Assembly (NCBI GenBank): GCA_048213135.1
Contig: PS015078.1
Coordinates: 137,599 to 174,316, forward strand
Length of the DNA: 36,718 bases
Source: Reclinomonas americana ATCC 50394
Lineage: Eukaryota
Direction: 5' to 3'
Part shown: piece by piece, positions 1 to 12,380 of the stretch
Position numbering within the stretch: the stretch's first letter is position 1
How the letters are laid out: each line of letters begins with the position of its first letter
Notes under the pieces: model-generated
The model's database searches: none
Told to the model about the DNA's origin: nothing
What the model saw: the letters and a program-made list of their open reading frames with translations, nothing else
Translations under genes and position numbers: made by a program

Positions 1-1972
1 TCCATCTGCGTGTCCTTGTTCTCAATCTCGATCACCATCTCCTCCAGCTCGCGCGCTTGATTCAGATACTCCTCGGCCATGTGCTGCGTGAGTGGGGCAT
101 GAATGGAAAGCACCACTTCCTCACTCACAGTGGGGTGAGAACTCACCGCCACTTTCTTCAGCAGCTTGTGCTTTTGCACAAACACCTCGCGCATTTGTGC
201 TCGTGCGCGATCGCCCTCTCGTCGGACGGCGTTGATGTGACCCGACAACTCGCCCAGACAGCTCTCCTTGGCCAGCCGGTCGGCCGTAATGTGTGAATCC
301 ACTATTCTCTGTGGATGCAGAGGTCNNNNNNNNNNNNNNNNNNNNNNNNNNNNNNNNNNNNNNNNNNNNNNNNNNNNNNNNNNNNNNNNNNNNNNNNNNN
401 NNNNNNNNNNNNNNNNNNNNNNNNNNNNNNNNNNNNNNNNNNNNNNNNNNNNNNNNNNNNNNNNNNNNNNNNNNNNNGGCAACAGAGGAGGCCACGATCG
501 AGCGAGCTCGAGATGGGTGTGGCGGGGGCGAACCATGACATCGTTGACCAGATCCTGTCGATCTTGCGCCGTGCACGTAATGGGCTCGTCGGCATGCCCG
601 CCCAAGCCCCTCTCCGAAAGGTCGCTGCGCCAGTCGCGTGTCGAAGGCACCGGCATGCTGGTGCGGTACAGGGTCGACAGCTGCATAATGCATGTGAGAG
701 ACCACTCACATTAGCAGAATGAGTGAAAGTGTGCGTGACACACACCGCCGACTTTTTCCGACTCTTGCGCTTCTCTCCCACGAGCACGAGGCTTGGCGTC
801 TTCGGGCCGCGAGCCGGCAGGAGGTCGTCACCAAAGAGGCCTTTCGGCGCGGTGATCTTGACCCACCAGTTCTCCACCGCGTTGACGATCGAGGCCCGCA
901 TGGCCTCCATTCGCTGCTCGCTCCAGTACGTGAGGAACGCTTGCATGCTGGTGAGTGCGGTGCGCACTACGCGGTCCTCGAACGAGTGGAACACGCCGTG
1001 CACGGCCAGATCCTTGTACTGCTCCTGCGCCATGCCTTTTTCCTCGTCGCTGAGAAGGATCGACTGCCACTCCACTTTGCGCTGCACGCGCTCCAGATAG
1101 GCCTGGTGGTACAGCTCCTCACCCACACTGCGACCGAACACGTTCACACCGAGGCTGCGAGAGGTGGTGCCGGTGGAGCTGTTGAGTGCCGCGTGGCTGC
1201 TGGCGGTGGTCGGACGCGACAGTGAGCTCATGTTGAGCGAGGCCACCACCTGCAGGCTGATGGGAGGCGTCACGGGGCGTCGTGGAGACGAGGGACCGGC
1301 GCTCAGGTGCCCGCTCGAGGGCGGCCGCGACAGTGGTGGCTGACTCGACGAGCGACCGCCACTCAGACTCCCTCCGCTGACCGCCGGTCCAGCGTGCGAA
1401 ATCGATCCAGAGCCGCCAGTTCCACTCTGCGCCACCAGCGACGGCTGTGTGGAGCGCGGCGCTCGCATCAGTGGCCCCAGGTTCTTCACACTGCCGAGCT
1501 CCGAGGCTTTTGGCGGTGGCGAGAACGGCGACGAGCCGGCGGTGAGATCAGAGAGGCGTGAGTAGCTGCGACTCTGCACGCGCGTTGTGAGTGGCGATCA
1601 CATACACACACCCTCTCTCTCTCATGCACACACCTGCGAGTCCTCGCGCTTGAGGGCGCCACGCCGCGCGTCTGGAGTGGCGTCACCGGCGTTGTCCACG
1701 TCGACAATCAGCCGCTGCGACCGTAACCTGTCCAACCCGTGCGGTGTCGACGGCAGCGACACATCACGTGGCGTCTCCTTGCTGCCAACCGATGCCGTCA
1801 TGTCGAGCTCATCGCCGGCAGCCGCCGCCGCCGCCTGTTGATGAAACACCCAGCCTGCCGAGCCCAGCAACTCGTCGCCACCGACAGGATCCACGCCAGC
1901 CGCCAAACCCACAGGCACAGTGAGTACACTCGGTCGCCGCTCCGCGCCGAAGCTGCTCGTGCGGCGATCCAT
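1..1972 (-). CDS. Hypothetical multi-exon protein: Ser/Pro-rich N-terminus followed by coiled coil; 3' end runs off the window
   Basis: ATG at 1972 (MDRRTSSF). GT-AG intron ~1633-1574, then a long exon to ~746. Later exons encode DSHITADRLAKESCLGELSGHINAVRREGDRARAQMREVFVQKHKLLKKVA and HMAEEYLNQARELEEMVIEIENKDTQM (heptad-like). Interrupted by the gap at 326-477; one junction is ambiguous. Confidence 0.65.
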
Positions 1973-2168
1973 TCACTTTTCTCGAGGGAGAGAGAGAGTT
2001 TCAGTAGACAGGGAAGAAAACGCATGCTGAAAATTCGGCAGTTTTTGTGTCCGATCGCCACGTTCGCAACAAAGACAACAGTGTGTGATCTTCGCTCCTG
2101 TCCCTTGCGTGCGGCATTCGTGAGAGGAGTGAGCGGGCGAGTGAGGAGCGAGAAGTGATCGACACGCC
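1973..2168. promoter_or_regulatory. Divergent (bidirectional) promoter region
   Basis: 196 bp between head-to-head ATGs at 1972 (-) and 2169 (+). Confidence 0.6.
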
Positions 2169-4057
2169 ATGAACAAGTACGATGTGCTGCGAGTGGTTGG
2201 CGAAGGTGCGCGTGCCATGGCCGCTCTCTCGCACACACACACATACAACACCCCTCACTCTTTTCTCTCTCTCTGTGCGTGTTCGTAGGCGCCTACGGCG
2301 TGGTGTTGATGTGCCGCAACAAGGAAACGGGTGAGATTGTGGCCATCAAAAAGTTTAAGGAGAGCGAGGAAGACGAGATGGTTCGAAAGACCACTCTGCG
2401 CGAGGTCAAGATCCTGCGCATGTTGAAGCAGGAGAACATTGTCAACCTCAAGGAGGTGCGTGTGTGTGTAGAGAGAGCATGAGGGAGAGAGCGAGAGAGC
2501 AAGTGTCCTGATGTGGTGCTGTGGTGCACTCGCAGGCGTTCCGTCGCAAGGGCCGTCTGTATCTGGTGTTTGAGTACGTGGAGAAGAACATGCTGGAGGT
2601 GCTGGAGGAGCGGCCGTCGGGACTCGACCACAACTTGGTGCGATGGCACATTTTCCAGCTGCTGCAGGCGATTTTGTGGTGCCACTCCAACGATGTGATT
2701 CATCGTGACATCAAGCCCGAAAACCTACTCGTCAATCCCGACCACACCATGAAGCTGTGTGATTTCGGTGAGTCAGCGGCGGCTTTGCCGGGGGGGGTGT
2801 GAGTTGTCTCTCCGCACTTGACGGTTGACTGTTTGTTTTCTCGCTCCAGGTTTCGCTCGCACTGTCACACAACGCGGTGCGCATTACACGGACTATGTGG
2901 CCACTCGGTGGTACCGTGCGCCAGAGCTGCTGCTCGGAGATGTTAATTATGGCAAGCCGGTAGACATTTGGGCCATTGGGTGCATCATGGGCGAGCTGAC
3001 CGACGGACAGGCCATGTTCCCGGGCGAGAGCGAACTCGATCAACTGTGCGTCACACACGCACCACATCTCTGTATTCCAGTGTTGCTTTGCTTACCTGTT
3101 TGTGTGTGCCAGGTACGTGATCCAGCGAGTGCTGGGACCGCTGACGGCCGAACAAATGGAGCTCTTCTACCGCAATCCTCGGTTCGTGGGCTACAAGTTC
3201 CCCGATATGAGCCGTCCGGAGACGCTGGAGAAGAAGTACTGCGGGAAGATGACCAAGAAGGCGCTCAGCTTCCTCAAGGGCCTGTTGCAAATGGATCCGT
3301 CGAAGCGATTCAACGCCGAGGAGGCCTTGCAGCATCCGTACTTTGAGGGACTTGTGCCGCCCAACGGCACTCGTCCCGTGCAGATCAACAAGCCGGTGAA
3401 GCAACAGCTGGACGAGAGACCGTCGACGCAACAGTCGCGCGCACCTGGTTCGCCTCTCCTCTTGTTTTTCCACTGTCGCTGCTCCGGACTCATGTGTATC
3501 TGTGTGTGGTTGGATGTGGCAGTGGATTCGCCCACGTCGGTGGTGCAGACGCCGCAGTCGGTGCAGACTCCGCAGGCGCAGCAGCAGCAGCAGCAGTCAT
3601 CGTCCTCGTCGCAGTCCTCTCAGCAGCAGTCACCTGTCGGTGGCCACCATCAGCAAGCTGCTCAGTCGCAACAGCAGCAGCAGCAACAGCAACAACAGGC
3701 GCAGCAGCAGCAGCAGCAACCGCAGCAGGTGCCGCCGTCGCAGAACAAGTTGCTGCAGCAGCGACAGTACGAAGTATTGTTGCAGCAGCAGCAGTTGCAG
3801 TTGCAGCAGCAGCAACAGCTGGCAGCGCAGCACCAGCTGCAATCACAATATGGCAGACCGTCGTCGCAGGTTTGTGTGCACACCAGTGTGCTTCTGTGCT
3901 ATCTCTCTGGTGCTGACTGGTGTGCGCGCAGGGTGGCATCTCACTGGGTGGACCGTCGGCGGCTCCGAGCCCCGTGCCGTCCTCCTCGTCGTCATCGCAT
4001 CATCACGCAGCCCACATGGCACACGTCCTGCAGCAGCAGATGCACCAGCAGCAAGCA

Positions 4058-4089
<32 letters not shown>

Positions 4090-4771
4090 CCCGTTGTATC
4101 ATGCCTCGCAGGCGGCTGGCGGCTCATACTACCCCAACGGTGCAGTTGGCGCTGGCTACTATCCTGGAAACGGAGCAGGAGGGCAGGGTCATCACGAAAC
4201 GCACGGACATCACGGACAGCCACCGTCACCAACATACTCGCCACACGGCTACTACCCGCAGGGCGTCGCGCCGGGTCAGGGTCATCATCCGAACGGTGGC
4301 GACTACGGCACCGGTTCTGAGTCGTCGGCACTGATGCACTACTCGTCATCACTGCCGTCCTCACCACCGGCGTCGCCATCGCTGCCTGTCAAGCCTTCTG
4401 TGGTGAGTCAGTTTCTTCAGTTGTGGTTCCATTTCGGTGCACGACTTCTCATTTGGGTGCGCGCGCAGGACGAGTATGGATACCCTCGTGGACGCGAGTC
4501 GGTGCTTTCCATGGGTGGCGGCAGCGTCGGCAGTCGATCTGATGCACCGCGAAAGAAGGGACCAGAAGTCGCAGGTAGCAAGATGCCGAATGCAGGCACG
4601 AGTGGTGTGCCTGCCCAGGCGGGCATGATGGGTGCGGCACCTGGAAAACCGCTGCAGTACGCCAGCAGTGCTGCCGGCGCCCCGCTGATGCACGCTGCCA
4701 TGCAACAGCAGCAACAGCAACAGTTGCAGCAGCAGCAGCAGCAGTTGCAGCAACAGCAACAACAATTGCAG

Positions 4772-4803
<32 letters not shown>

Positions 4804-5819
4804 ACAGCAACAGCAGCAACAGGGTCGCGCGCGAGGTGGAGATCGTGCCGGCCCACCACCAATGTCGCAAGCAGAATGGGAGGACGGCTCCCTGTCGACA
4901 AGGAGTCGCACGATTCGCTCGCCGCTCGACATGTTGCGTCGCCGTCAGCTGCCCACTTTTCATTAAGTTGACTCACTTGCCTGTTTCGCTGTGCGTGCAG
5001 GAATGTCATGTCGTCGGCACAACAGGCGCGATCATCGGCACGCGCTGAAATGATTGACGGCAGAAGACCACAAGGTGCGTGTGGGCGCGACAGAGAGAGA
5101 CTGACGATACTGTTTCCTCATTGCTCGTTTGGCTGCAGACACGACAAACACCGATGTTGTGAGTCCGCGCGGCGTCTCACAAAGGAAACGGAACGCGATG
5201 CCCACCAAAGTCGGGGTTTGTGCCGCCACTGTCTCCTTTGTCCTGCGTGCGTGTTCGGTGGCAGCTCATTGTCATGTCGTTCAGCAAATGCGCGAGTCGA
5301 TTGCCAGTCGTGAGGGTGGTCATCGTGGAATCGCTGCGGCGTTGCCGCCAAGTCGCGAAGGCCACCGCAAGAAGCAGTTCACACAGGGCAACGCTCTGCC
5401 GCCAGTGGCCAGTGGATACTCGAGCGGTTTGTCATTCGCACCTGCATCATGTGCGCGCTCTGTTGCTCACCACCGCCTCTCTCTGCGCAGTGTCGTCTGG
5501 CATGGCGTACACCACGTCCGACTCGGGCGACGACTACCTCGGCCTCCTCGAGCGAGTACCGTCGCGACTGAGTCGACGCGACAATGGGCCGACGCTGTAC
5601 GAGGCCTCCACCGACGAGGATGATCAGCGGTGCGAGATTCTGTTGTTGATGATTCAATTCTTCCAATGCTCACGCTCCTCTCGTTGCAGTGTCTTGGGCA
5701 AGCGCGGCAGCAACGGTGACCTGCATCACGCTGCGGCCGCCGCAGCTGGCATGAGCGGCGGCGCTGGTGCCGGTTTGCACAATGGGAACCTAGCGTACCC
5801 ACGCAAGTACGGCCACTAA
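2169..5819 (+). CDS. CDKL5: CDKL5/LF5-like cyclin-dependent kinase-like (CMGC) kinase with long poly-Gln/low-complexity C-terminal tail, ~13 exons
   Basis: Spliced product [84 protein letters not shown]...[10 protein letters not shown]...DFGFAR...[18 protein letters not shown]. Introns 2206-2288, 2456-2535, 2768-2849, 3046-3112, 3448-3522, 3870-3931, 4403-4468, 4933-5000 and further ones keep the frame to TAA at 5817-5819. Confidence 0.92.
3580..4822 (+). repeat. Coding CAG/CAA (poly-Gln) tracts within the kinase tail
   Basis: CAG/CAA runs at ~3580-3840, ~4029-4090 and ~4703-4822. Confidence 0.95.
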
Positions 5820-6147
5820 CTGGTGCTCTCTTCCCTCCTGCATGGGTGTAATTTTGTTTGATGTTGATGTTGATGTTGTTGTTTGTTGATGTGGTAATAT
5901 AACTCTCGGGCTTCCCACACGCGTGCATGCATGTATAATCAAGTCTTCTTTTTTGTATTGCATTGTTGTATACAAACACGCACACACACTCTTGCACACA
6001 TACAAACCAGGCACAAAAACCGCACACTCTTGCTGTCGCCAACCTCACACCATCCCGATACGGTGAGGGGAAAAAGTANNNNNNNNNNNNNNNNNNNNCG
6101 GATGGGTGCAGGCAGAAATTGCACACACACAGTGAAACACCAGAGAG

Positions 6148-7424
6148 TTATCGCCGCGGTGGTCGGCCTGTTGGTGTTGCGGCACGTCGTCGTGGAGCTG
6201 CTGGTGAGGGTGCACGCTTGGGGCCAGGAGGCGGTGTGCCCGCAGTGGCGGCGGCAAGGATTGAGTTGGGCAGCGACATTGGCGCACCACTGCCCGAGTG
6301 CGGTTGTGGTGTCACAGAGCGACCCCTCGCGTTGGACTGGCTGATTCCACTTACAGTGCTGGTGATAACGCCACCGGCACTGTGCGTCCGGCGGCCTGGT
6401 GTTGCGCTGCGTGCTGGTGCCGCGTTGCTTCGTCGTCCTGACGAGCTCTGATCAAAACTGGCCGTGTGGATGGTGCTGGCCAAGCGCAGCGTATGCAACG
6501 TCTGCGCCGTCATCCGCCGCTCTGGTGACACGCACCCACAGAACAAGACCTACACAAGGTAGTGGAGAAGGAGATGCGTGAGATACCGGATGAGGAAAGA
6601 AGGTGGTGGTGCGTGCATGCATGCGTGCAAACCTTGCTGTACTCCATCATGGACGACTGCAGCAAGTGGGTGAGCACGCTGGACCGGAACGGCACATCGT
6701 GGCTCTGGTTTGCCAGCGCCTTGATGACACCGTGCAACGCCACAAGGCCGCGATCGGGCTTGGTTGTTCCCATAGCACGAGTGTGCTCCGAGCCCACCAA
6801 GCGCACCAGCGACAGGGTGCCACGCATCACCTCCGTGTCGCCCACCGGTGACCGGTCCGCCGGCAGCACGCCCACCATGTGCACCTGGAACACCAAGTGC
6901 GACATGGCCTTGTCGTGTCCGCCAGCCTTGCGGTTCTCCACCGCCGTGCGCAGCAACTCAAAAATGTCCCCGTGATTCTCAATCGTCACCTTGGTCACGT
7001 TGGAGATCACCGTTGCGCCGTGATCGTCGCGTGTCAGCACATGCGATCGCTTTGGCTGCGTAGATGGGAAAAAATGAGTACGCTGGAAGGAAATGAACAA
7101 CGAGACGTGCTCAATCACGACTGCAAACCTGCGAGCGGTCGGCAAACAGGTCGGAAATGACCTCATTGTGCAACTCCACATAGGTGACACTGGTGGTGAA
7201 GTCCCAACCCTGCGCGGCCCAGTCGCCACGCGACAGGCGCAGCAGACGCTGGGTCGCTCGCGCAGCGAAGCCGTAGTCGCCGTCGAGTTCACGCACTGAG
7301 CCGGCAGTCGACTCTTCTGACAAATCGCCCTCCAGCGCCCGCAACCGACCGCTGCCCGTGCCACCGTACAGCAGCACCAAAGGATTGAAGCCTTGCAGTG
7401 CAGAGTCCACCAACGGCGCGATTT
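6148..7424 (-). CDS. C-terminal part of a kinesin-14-like protein: motor-homology domain with degenerate catalytic motifs
   Basis: EIAPLVDSALQGFNPLVLLYGGTGSGRL...VTYVELHNEVISDL...MSHLVFQVHM...GTLSLVRLVGSE...GLVALHGVIKALA...VPFRSSVLTHLLQSS...KVLFCGCVSP...QTLHTLRLASTI follows kinesin motif order. Two GT-AG introns; TAA at 6150-6148. Confidence 0.88.
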
Positions 7425-7902
7425 CTACGTGCAGCAAAAAAACAGAGGCGAGTGAGACGGGCAGTGGCGGTATGAAATGCATAGTGTGTGNNNNNNNNNN
7501 NNNNNNNNNNNNNNNNNNNNNNNNNNNNNNNNNNNNNNNNNNNNNNNNNNNNNNNNNNNNNNNNNNNNNNNNNNNNNNNNNNNNNNNNNNNNNNNNNNNN
7601 NNNNNNNNNNNNNNNNNNNNNNNNNNNNNNNNNNNNNNNNNNNNNNNNNNNNNNNNNNNNNNNNNNNNNNNNNNNNNNNNNNNNNNNNNNNNNNNNNNNN
7701 NNNNNNNNNNNNNNNNNNNNNNNNNNNNNNNNNNNNNNNNNNNNNNNNNNNNNNNNNNNNNNNNNNNNNNNNNNNNNNNNNNNNNNNNNNNNNNNNNNNN
7801 NNNNNNNNNNNNNNNNNNNNNNNNNNNNNNNNNNNNNNNNNNNNNNNNNNNNNNNNNNNNNNNNNNNNNNNNNNNNNNNNNNNNNNNNNNNNNNNNNNNN
7901 NN

Positions 7903-9225
7903 GGACTGCTGGCCAGCGCAGTGCCGGTGCCGGCCGACGTTGACGAGGACGCTGACGATGGGTTGGGCACGTCGGATCGACCGGGATCGGCTGCAGCGGC
8001 GGCGGCGGCGGCGGCGGCGAGCAAGCGGTACAGGGCGCTGGGGCCAGTCGGCAACCCGTACGCCGGACGCAGTCTTGTTGCGTTTTCTCTTTGAGCGCGC
8101 ATTCCGTGCAAGGCGAATCGTCATTGAGAGTGTTGTTTTTCGTGCAGCCTGCTGCCGCGCAGTCGGGATGCAATCGCGAGGTGCCGAGCCGGCCGCTGGA
8201 TCTGCCGCCAGAGATGATGAAGGAGGTGTTGAGAATCGACCCAGACTTTGTGACGACGGTGAAGCGCGGCGAGGCCCCGACGGCGATGCCTGAAGTGGCG
8301 CCGTCATGGGCGCGTCTGAGTGAGCGACAGCTGGTCAGCGAGCTGGAGCAGTCACGACAGCAGAGTGCGCACCTCAAGCGCTCTCTGCACCTGAAGAACC
8401 AGAGCCTGGCTCGCGCCCTGCTCGACAGCAAGGCGCTGCAAGCACGCTGCTCGCAGGATGTGGACAACGTGAAGCGCTCGCTGGACGTGCAGCTCCACAT
8501 GATGCGCTCCAAGTTCCAACACGCCGAGAGCATCAAGAAGCGACTAGAGGTGAGTGAGTGAGCTGATTTTGAAGATGCGAGCCTCTGCTCACTTTGAGTG
8601 TGTGGGTGTGCAGGATGGACTTAGAGCACGCGAGTCGGAGCTCGCACGTGTCACGCACGAGACACCACAGATTAGGCGGCAGGCGGATACGGCTGTGCGC
8701 GAACTCAAGGCAGCGCAGGATCATGAGCTGCGGACCATAGATATGGTGAAGTTGAAGGAGGACCTCATTCGAGAGCTTGTAGATATTGAGCGGCGGACAA
8801 AGAGCGTTGCGTTGGCTGTTGCATTCTTGTGCTTCCACTTCATTGTGCACTCTTGTGCTCACAATCGATGCACGTGCAGTTGGATGCGCGGTATTTGGAC
8901 TTGGCGACGGATTTGAGGCAATGCGAGGGCGACGTCGAGCGCAGCGAGAAGGAGGTGCTGCAGTTGCGCGAGAGCGTACAAGAGGGCAACGAGAAGTGCG
9001 CCCAACTGCGACAAGAAATGTCGGAGCGCAAGGGCAACATCCGCGTCCTGCTGCGGGTGGCCGCTCCCCGCAACGAGGACGAGCCTCAGGTGCAGCTGTC
9101 GTTCCCGGAACCCGCCGGTGCACCGACCCAGGTTGTGCTGGAGACGCCGCAGTTGTCGTCGCCGTACCTGGTGCAGCTGGATCGCGTCTTCCGGCCAAGC
9201 ATTCCCAACTGGGAAGTGTGGCAAG
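7903..9225 (+). CDS. Middle part of the same kinesin-14-like gene (coiled-coil stalk, neck, first motor strands) on an apparently inverted contig
   Basis: Coiled coil, then ERKGNIRVLLRV (kinesin-14 neck, cf. LKGNIRVFCRVRP) and QLDRVFRPSIPNWEVWQ. Introns 8077-8147, ~8550-8613 and 8806-8879; phase-1 donor at 9226. Confidence 0.85.
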
Positions 9226-9394
9226 GTTCGTACACACANNNNNNNNNNNNNNNNNNNNNNNNNNNNNNNNNNNNNNNNNNNNNNNNNNNNNNNNNNNNNN
9301 NNNNNNNNNNNNNNNNNNNNNNNNNNNNNNNNNNNNNNNNNNNNNNNNNNNNNNNNNNNNNNNNNNNNNNNNNNNNNNNNNNNNNNNNNNNNNN

Positions 9395-9712
9395 GCCCTC
9401 TGGCAAGTACTCGGCCAGCGCCATGGCCACGGCCTGCGCCACGTCGGGTGCTCGGGACGGGATCTTGTCGCCGCCACTCAGCGCCGACGACGCAGAAGAG
9501 GATGGCGCCGTGGCTGACGTGGCACCGGCCTCATTGTCGGCTCGCAGCAGACACGCCACAGCGACACGCACATCACCGTCGGCGCGCAACAGCTGCCGCT
9601 CAATCTCATCAGCACTGGCACCGCCACTGGACGACGACGAACGAGAGCCCTGATCGGTGGTGGTGTCGACCAGCAGCGGGAACACCGAGCGCAACGTGGC
9701 CACAACCTCCTC
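9395..9712 (-). CDS. Exon with CUE/UBA-like motif, probable N-terminal part of the kinesin-14-like gene (upstream exons to ~10090 unresolved)
   Basis: Follows acceptor ttccgcag and encodes EEVVATLRSVFP...ADEIERQLLRADGDVRVAVACLL; the frame is open into the gap at 9394. Confidence 0.55.
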
Positions 9713-10468
9713 CTGCGGAAAGAGAAAATGAGAGGCAAAGGTGAGACGAAGAAGAGTGTGATCGACATCACTCTCTGCACACACGCACGCACACGCACGC
9801 ACAAAGAGAGCAAGGTGCATGCACAGAGATATGGTGCGTACAGCACAGCGTTGCAAGTGAGGGAGAGAGAGAAAGAGAGAGAAAAAGAGAGAGAGAGAGT
9901 GGTGTGTCTGAGGCACGCTTGTCCGTCATAACGGTAATTCATGCAATGCTGCCCTCACATGTACGAAAAAGAAGACACGCACAGAGACACACAATGCCCA
10001 CACACACACAGACAGAATGCTTCCTATGAGAGCGTCTAAGCACCTTGGAGACCACGTGACGAGGAAGCGCGACTCCAGACGTGGTCATTTCGCGTGTTTT
10101 GTCGTTTTTTGGTGGTTGTGTCGCACGTGCCACCAAACAGCCTCTCACACTGTGTGTGTCGCTCTGCCTCTGTCACTCACTCACGCACACGCTGTCGTTG
10201 TCTGTACGCTCTCTGTGTGTGTCGCGTGCGTGGGACTCGTGCACTTCTCTCCGACAATCCAACAAATGTCTGAAATGCCGCTTGTCTCAAGTCCGATTGA
10301 TCGACGTCCGTGGCATTCGCAGCCACTTTGCAGTGGTTGAAGGGTTTTTCCTTTATACGTTCACACACAGACATGCAGACACACACGCACACACCCAGGG
10401 GCGGGAGAAGAGTTGACAGAGAAGAGACAATATTTTGTTTGTTTGGCGAACAACTGGGCAGAAACATA

Positions 10469-11915
10469 TCACATGCTGCCCGAGACACTGCCACCCGCGC
10501 CGCCGGCTGGCTCGTCCAGCGTCGAGACGCACTCCCACTCGCCACTCGGCGTCTCCTTCCACAGCGAGACGACATTGTCGCCCGACGAGACCGCCAATAC
10601 ATTGCCTGTGTACATGCACATGCATGCACGTTGAGTTGTTACGACGAACTTGAGAGAGAGGTATTACTCCGTGCTCCGGCAAACCTGCAATGCTCCACGA
10701 GACGCGCCACACGGTCGGTCCGCTCTTGATGATCTTCTTGTGCTCCCACTTGAGTTCACCACCCTCGCCGTCCAGCGACGAGGTCCACACCACCACACTG
10801 CCGTCTTGCGAGCACGACGCAATCGTGTCGCGCGGCAAGCCAATGTTCGGTGCCCATGCCACATCGCGCACCCAATCGCTGTGCACCTCTTGCAAGTCCT
10901 GCTCCAGCACCCACTTGTCACCGTCGTTCCTGCACTTTTTTCAGCACGACGAAAGCTATCCTCATGCAGTGTGAGAACGAAACTTCCAAATCTTTACCAG
11001 GTGGTCGCAGCCGCCCGTCACCAGCCGCCGGCTCAACCGCACATCTGCGCGAGGAGAACACAGTTGCCGAGTTGGCAAACGCGAGACAAAAAAGAGAGTA
11101 GTGAGACGCGGACGAGTACGCAACGCTGTGCCGAGTCTTGCGTGGAGGCCGGTGGTACGGCCGGGGCCCAGGATACTGCATTGCAGCCGATCTTGTGTGC
11201 GTCGAGCACGCTGTCCACAGCCCAGGTGTCCTCCGCTGTGGGGATGCCTTCGCAGTGAGAGACGAGGGCGGAGGGCGAGGGGGAAAGGAGAAGTCCGTCG
11301 TACGCAACGCTGGTGTGTGAGCACTGCAAACGAGCCGTCAGAGGAGGCGGTTGCGAGTGACAGACCGAGTTCGTGCGGCGCCCAGGCAATCGAGTTCACT
11401 GCAGCACACCAACACTCGAGGTCAGCGACGGGCGTTCCTGTCCACACCGCCAGCATGCATGCTCGCCTGACGAAGTGTGCTGCGTGTGATTGTGGATCTT
11501 GTTCCACACATTCTCAGCCGTCTCCTTCCACAAGAACACCATGCGATCGTACGAGCATGAGGCAAGAATGCTGCCAAACGACGGGTGTGCCCACGCCACT
11601 CGCCACACAGGTCCCTCATGACTGCCGACAACGGGAGATGAGAAGCGCAACTCGAAAGAGGTCGATCGATTCGCACGCATTCAACTCACCCGCGCAGATC
11701 AGTCTTGTACACCTGACGATCACCTGTCACATCAAACAGCTTGATGGTGCGATCTGATGAGCAGGTGGCCAGACGACGACCATAGTAGTCCAGTTGTGCA
11801 TCGTGCTACTCTCACAGACACACACGCTATTAGTCACTCTTGAATTCTGCAGGCTGTCTCACATTCTCTTTCTGCGCGCAACGATCATATCCTCGTGCGC
11901 CGTGTCAAACGCCAT
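10469..11915 (-). CDS. SEC13: Protein transport protein SEC13 (WD40; COPII/nuclear pore/GATOR2), 8 exons
   Basis: [35 protein letters not shown]...[26 protein letters not shown]...[26 protein letters not shown]...[14 protein letters not shown]...[17 protein letters not shown]...IASCSQDG...[29 protein letters not shown] at 10471-10469. Confidence 0.97.
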
Positions 11916-12020
11916 GGTGCGTGTGCTCGCCTGTCAACAGTGAGCGTGTGAGTGAGCGAAGACAAGTGGCAGTCACGCCAAACGCGTGGCACGCTGCTCT
12001 ACAATACGCCATGTGACTAT

Positions 12021-12054
<34 letters not shown>

Positions 12055-12380
12055 GGCAACACACACGCGCGGGAAAGAGAGACTGGAAGACACGCGCAGA
12101 GGGCAACGAGAGGGAGAGAGAGGCATGGGAGAGTGCAACGGCCACATGGCGCACACGCATTCACATGTGTGCGCGTGTGTGTGAATGGATGTGCACAGAC
12201 ACAGGCACGAGTGCACATGCCCCACTGTGTGCGCGTGAGAAAGAGAGAGCGCGCGCCACGTGGGCCACGCACGCACCATCGTGAACGAATTTGTGGCTGC
12301 GCTTTTCCCGCCCCGCGAGCGTCGTCGGACAAAGCCGTTGCAACTCCACATTTTGGTGCATTGCGCGAGAGGGATCAGTC

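Noticed and set aside
3490-5009. Long poly-Cys, poly-Ala and poly-Leu ORFs in other frames
   Set aside because: They are shadows of the CAG/CAA poly-Gln tracts
6148-9238. Two separate divergent kinesin genes, or trans-splicing
   Set aside because: The pieces are complementary halves of one motor with matching intron phase at gap edges; contig misorientation is simpler
11806-11882. Reading the shifted donors as non-GT (TT) introns, G|TTGCG
   Set aside because: This would need non-AG acceptors and would change the conserved SEC13 DMIHD to DMIDD; GT-AG boundaries fit
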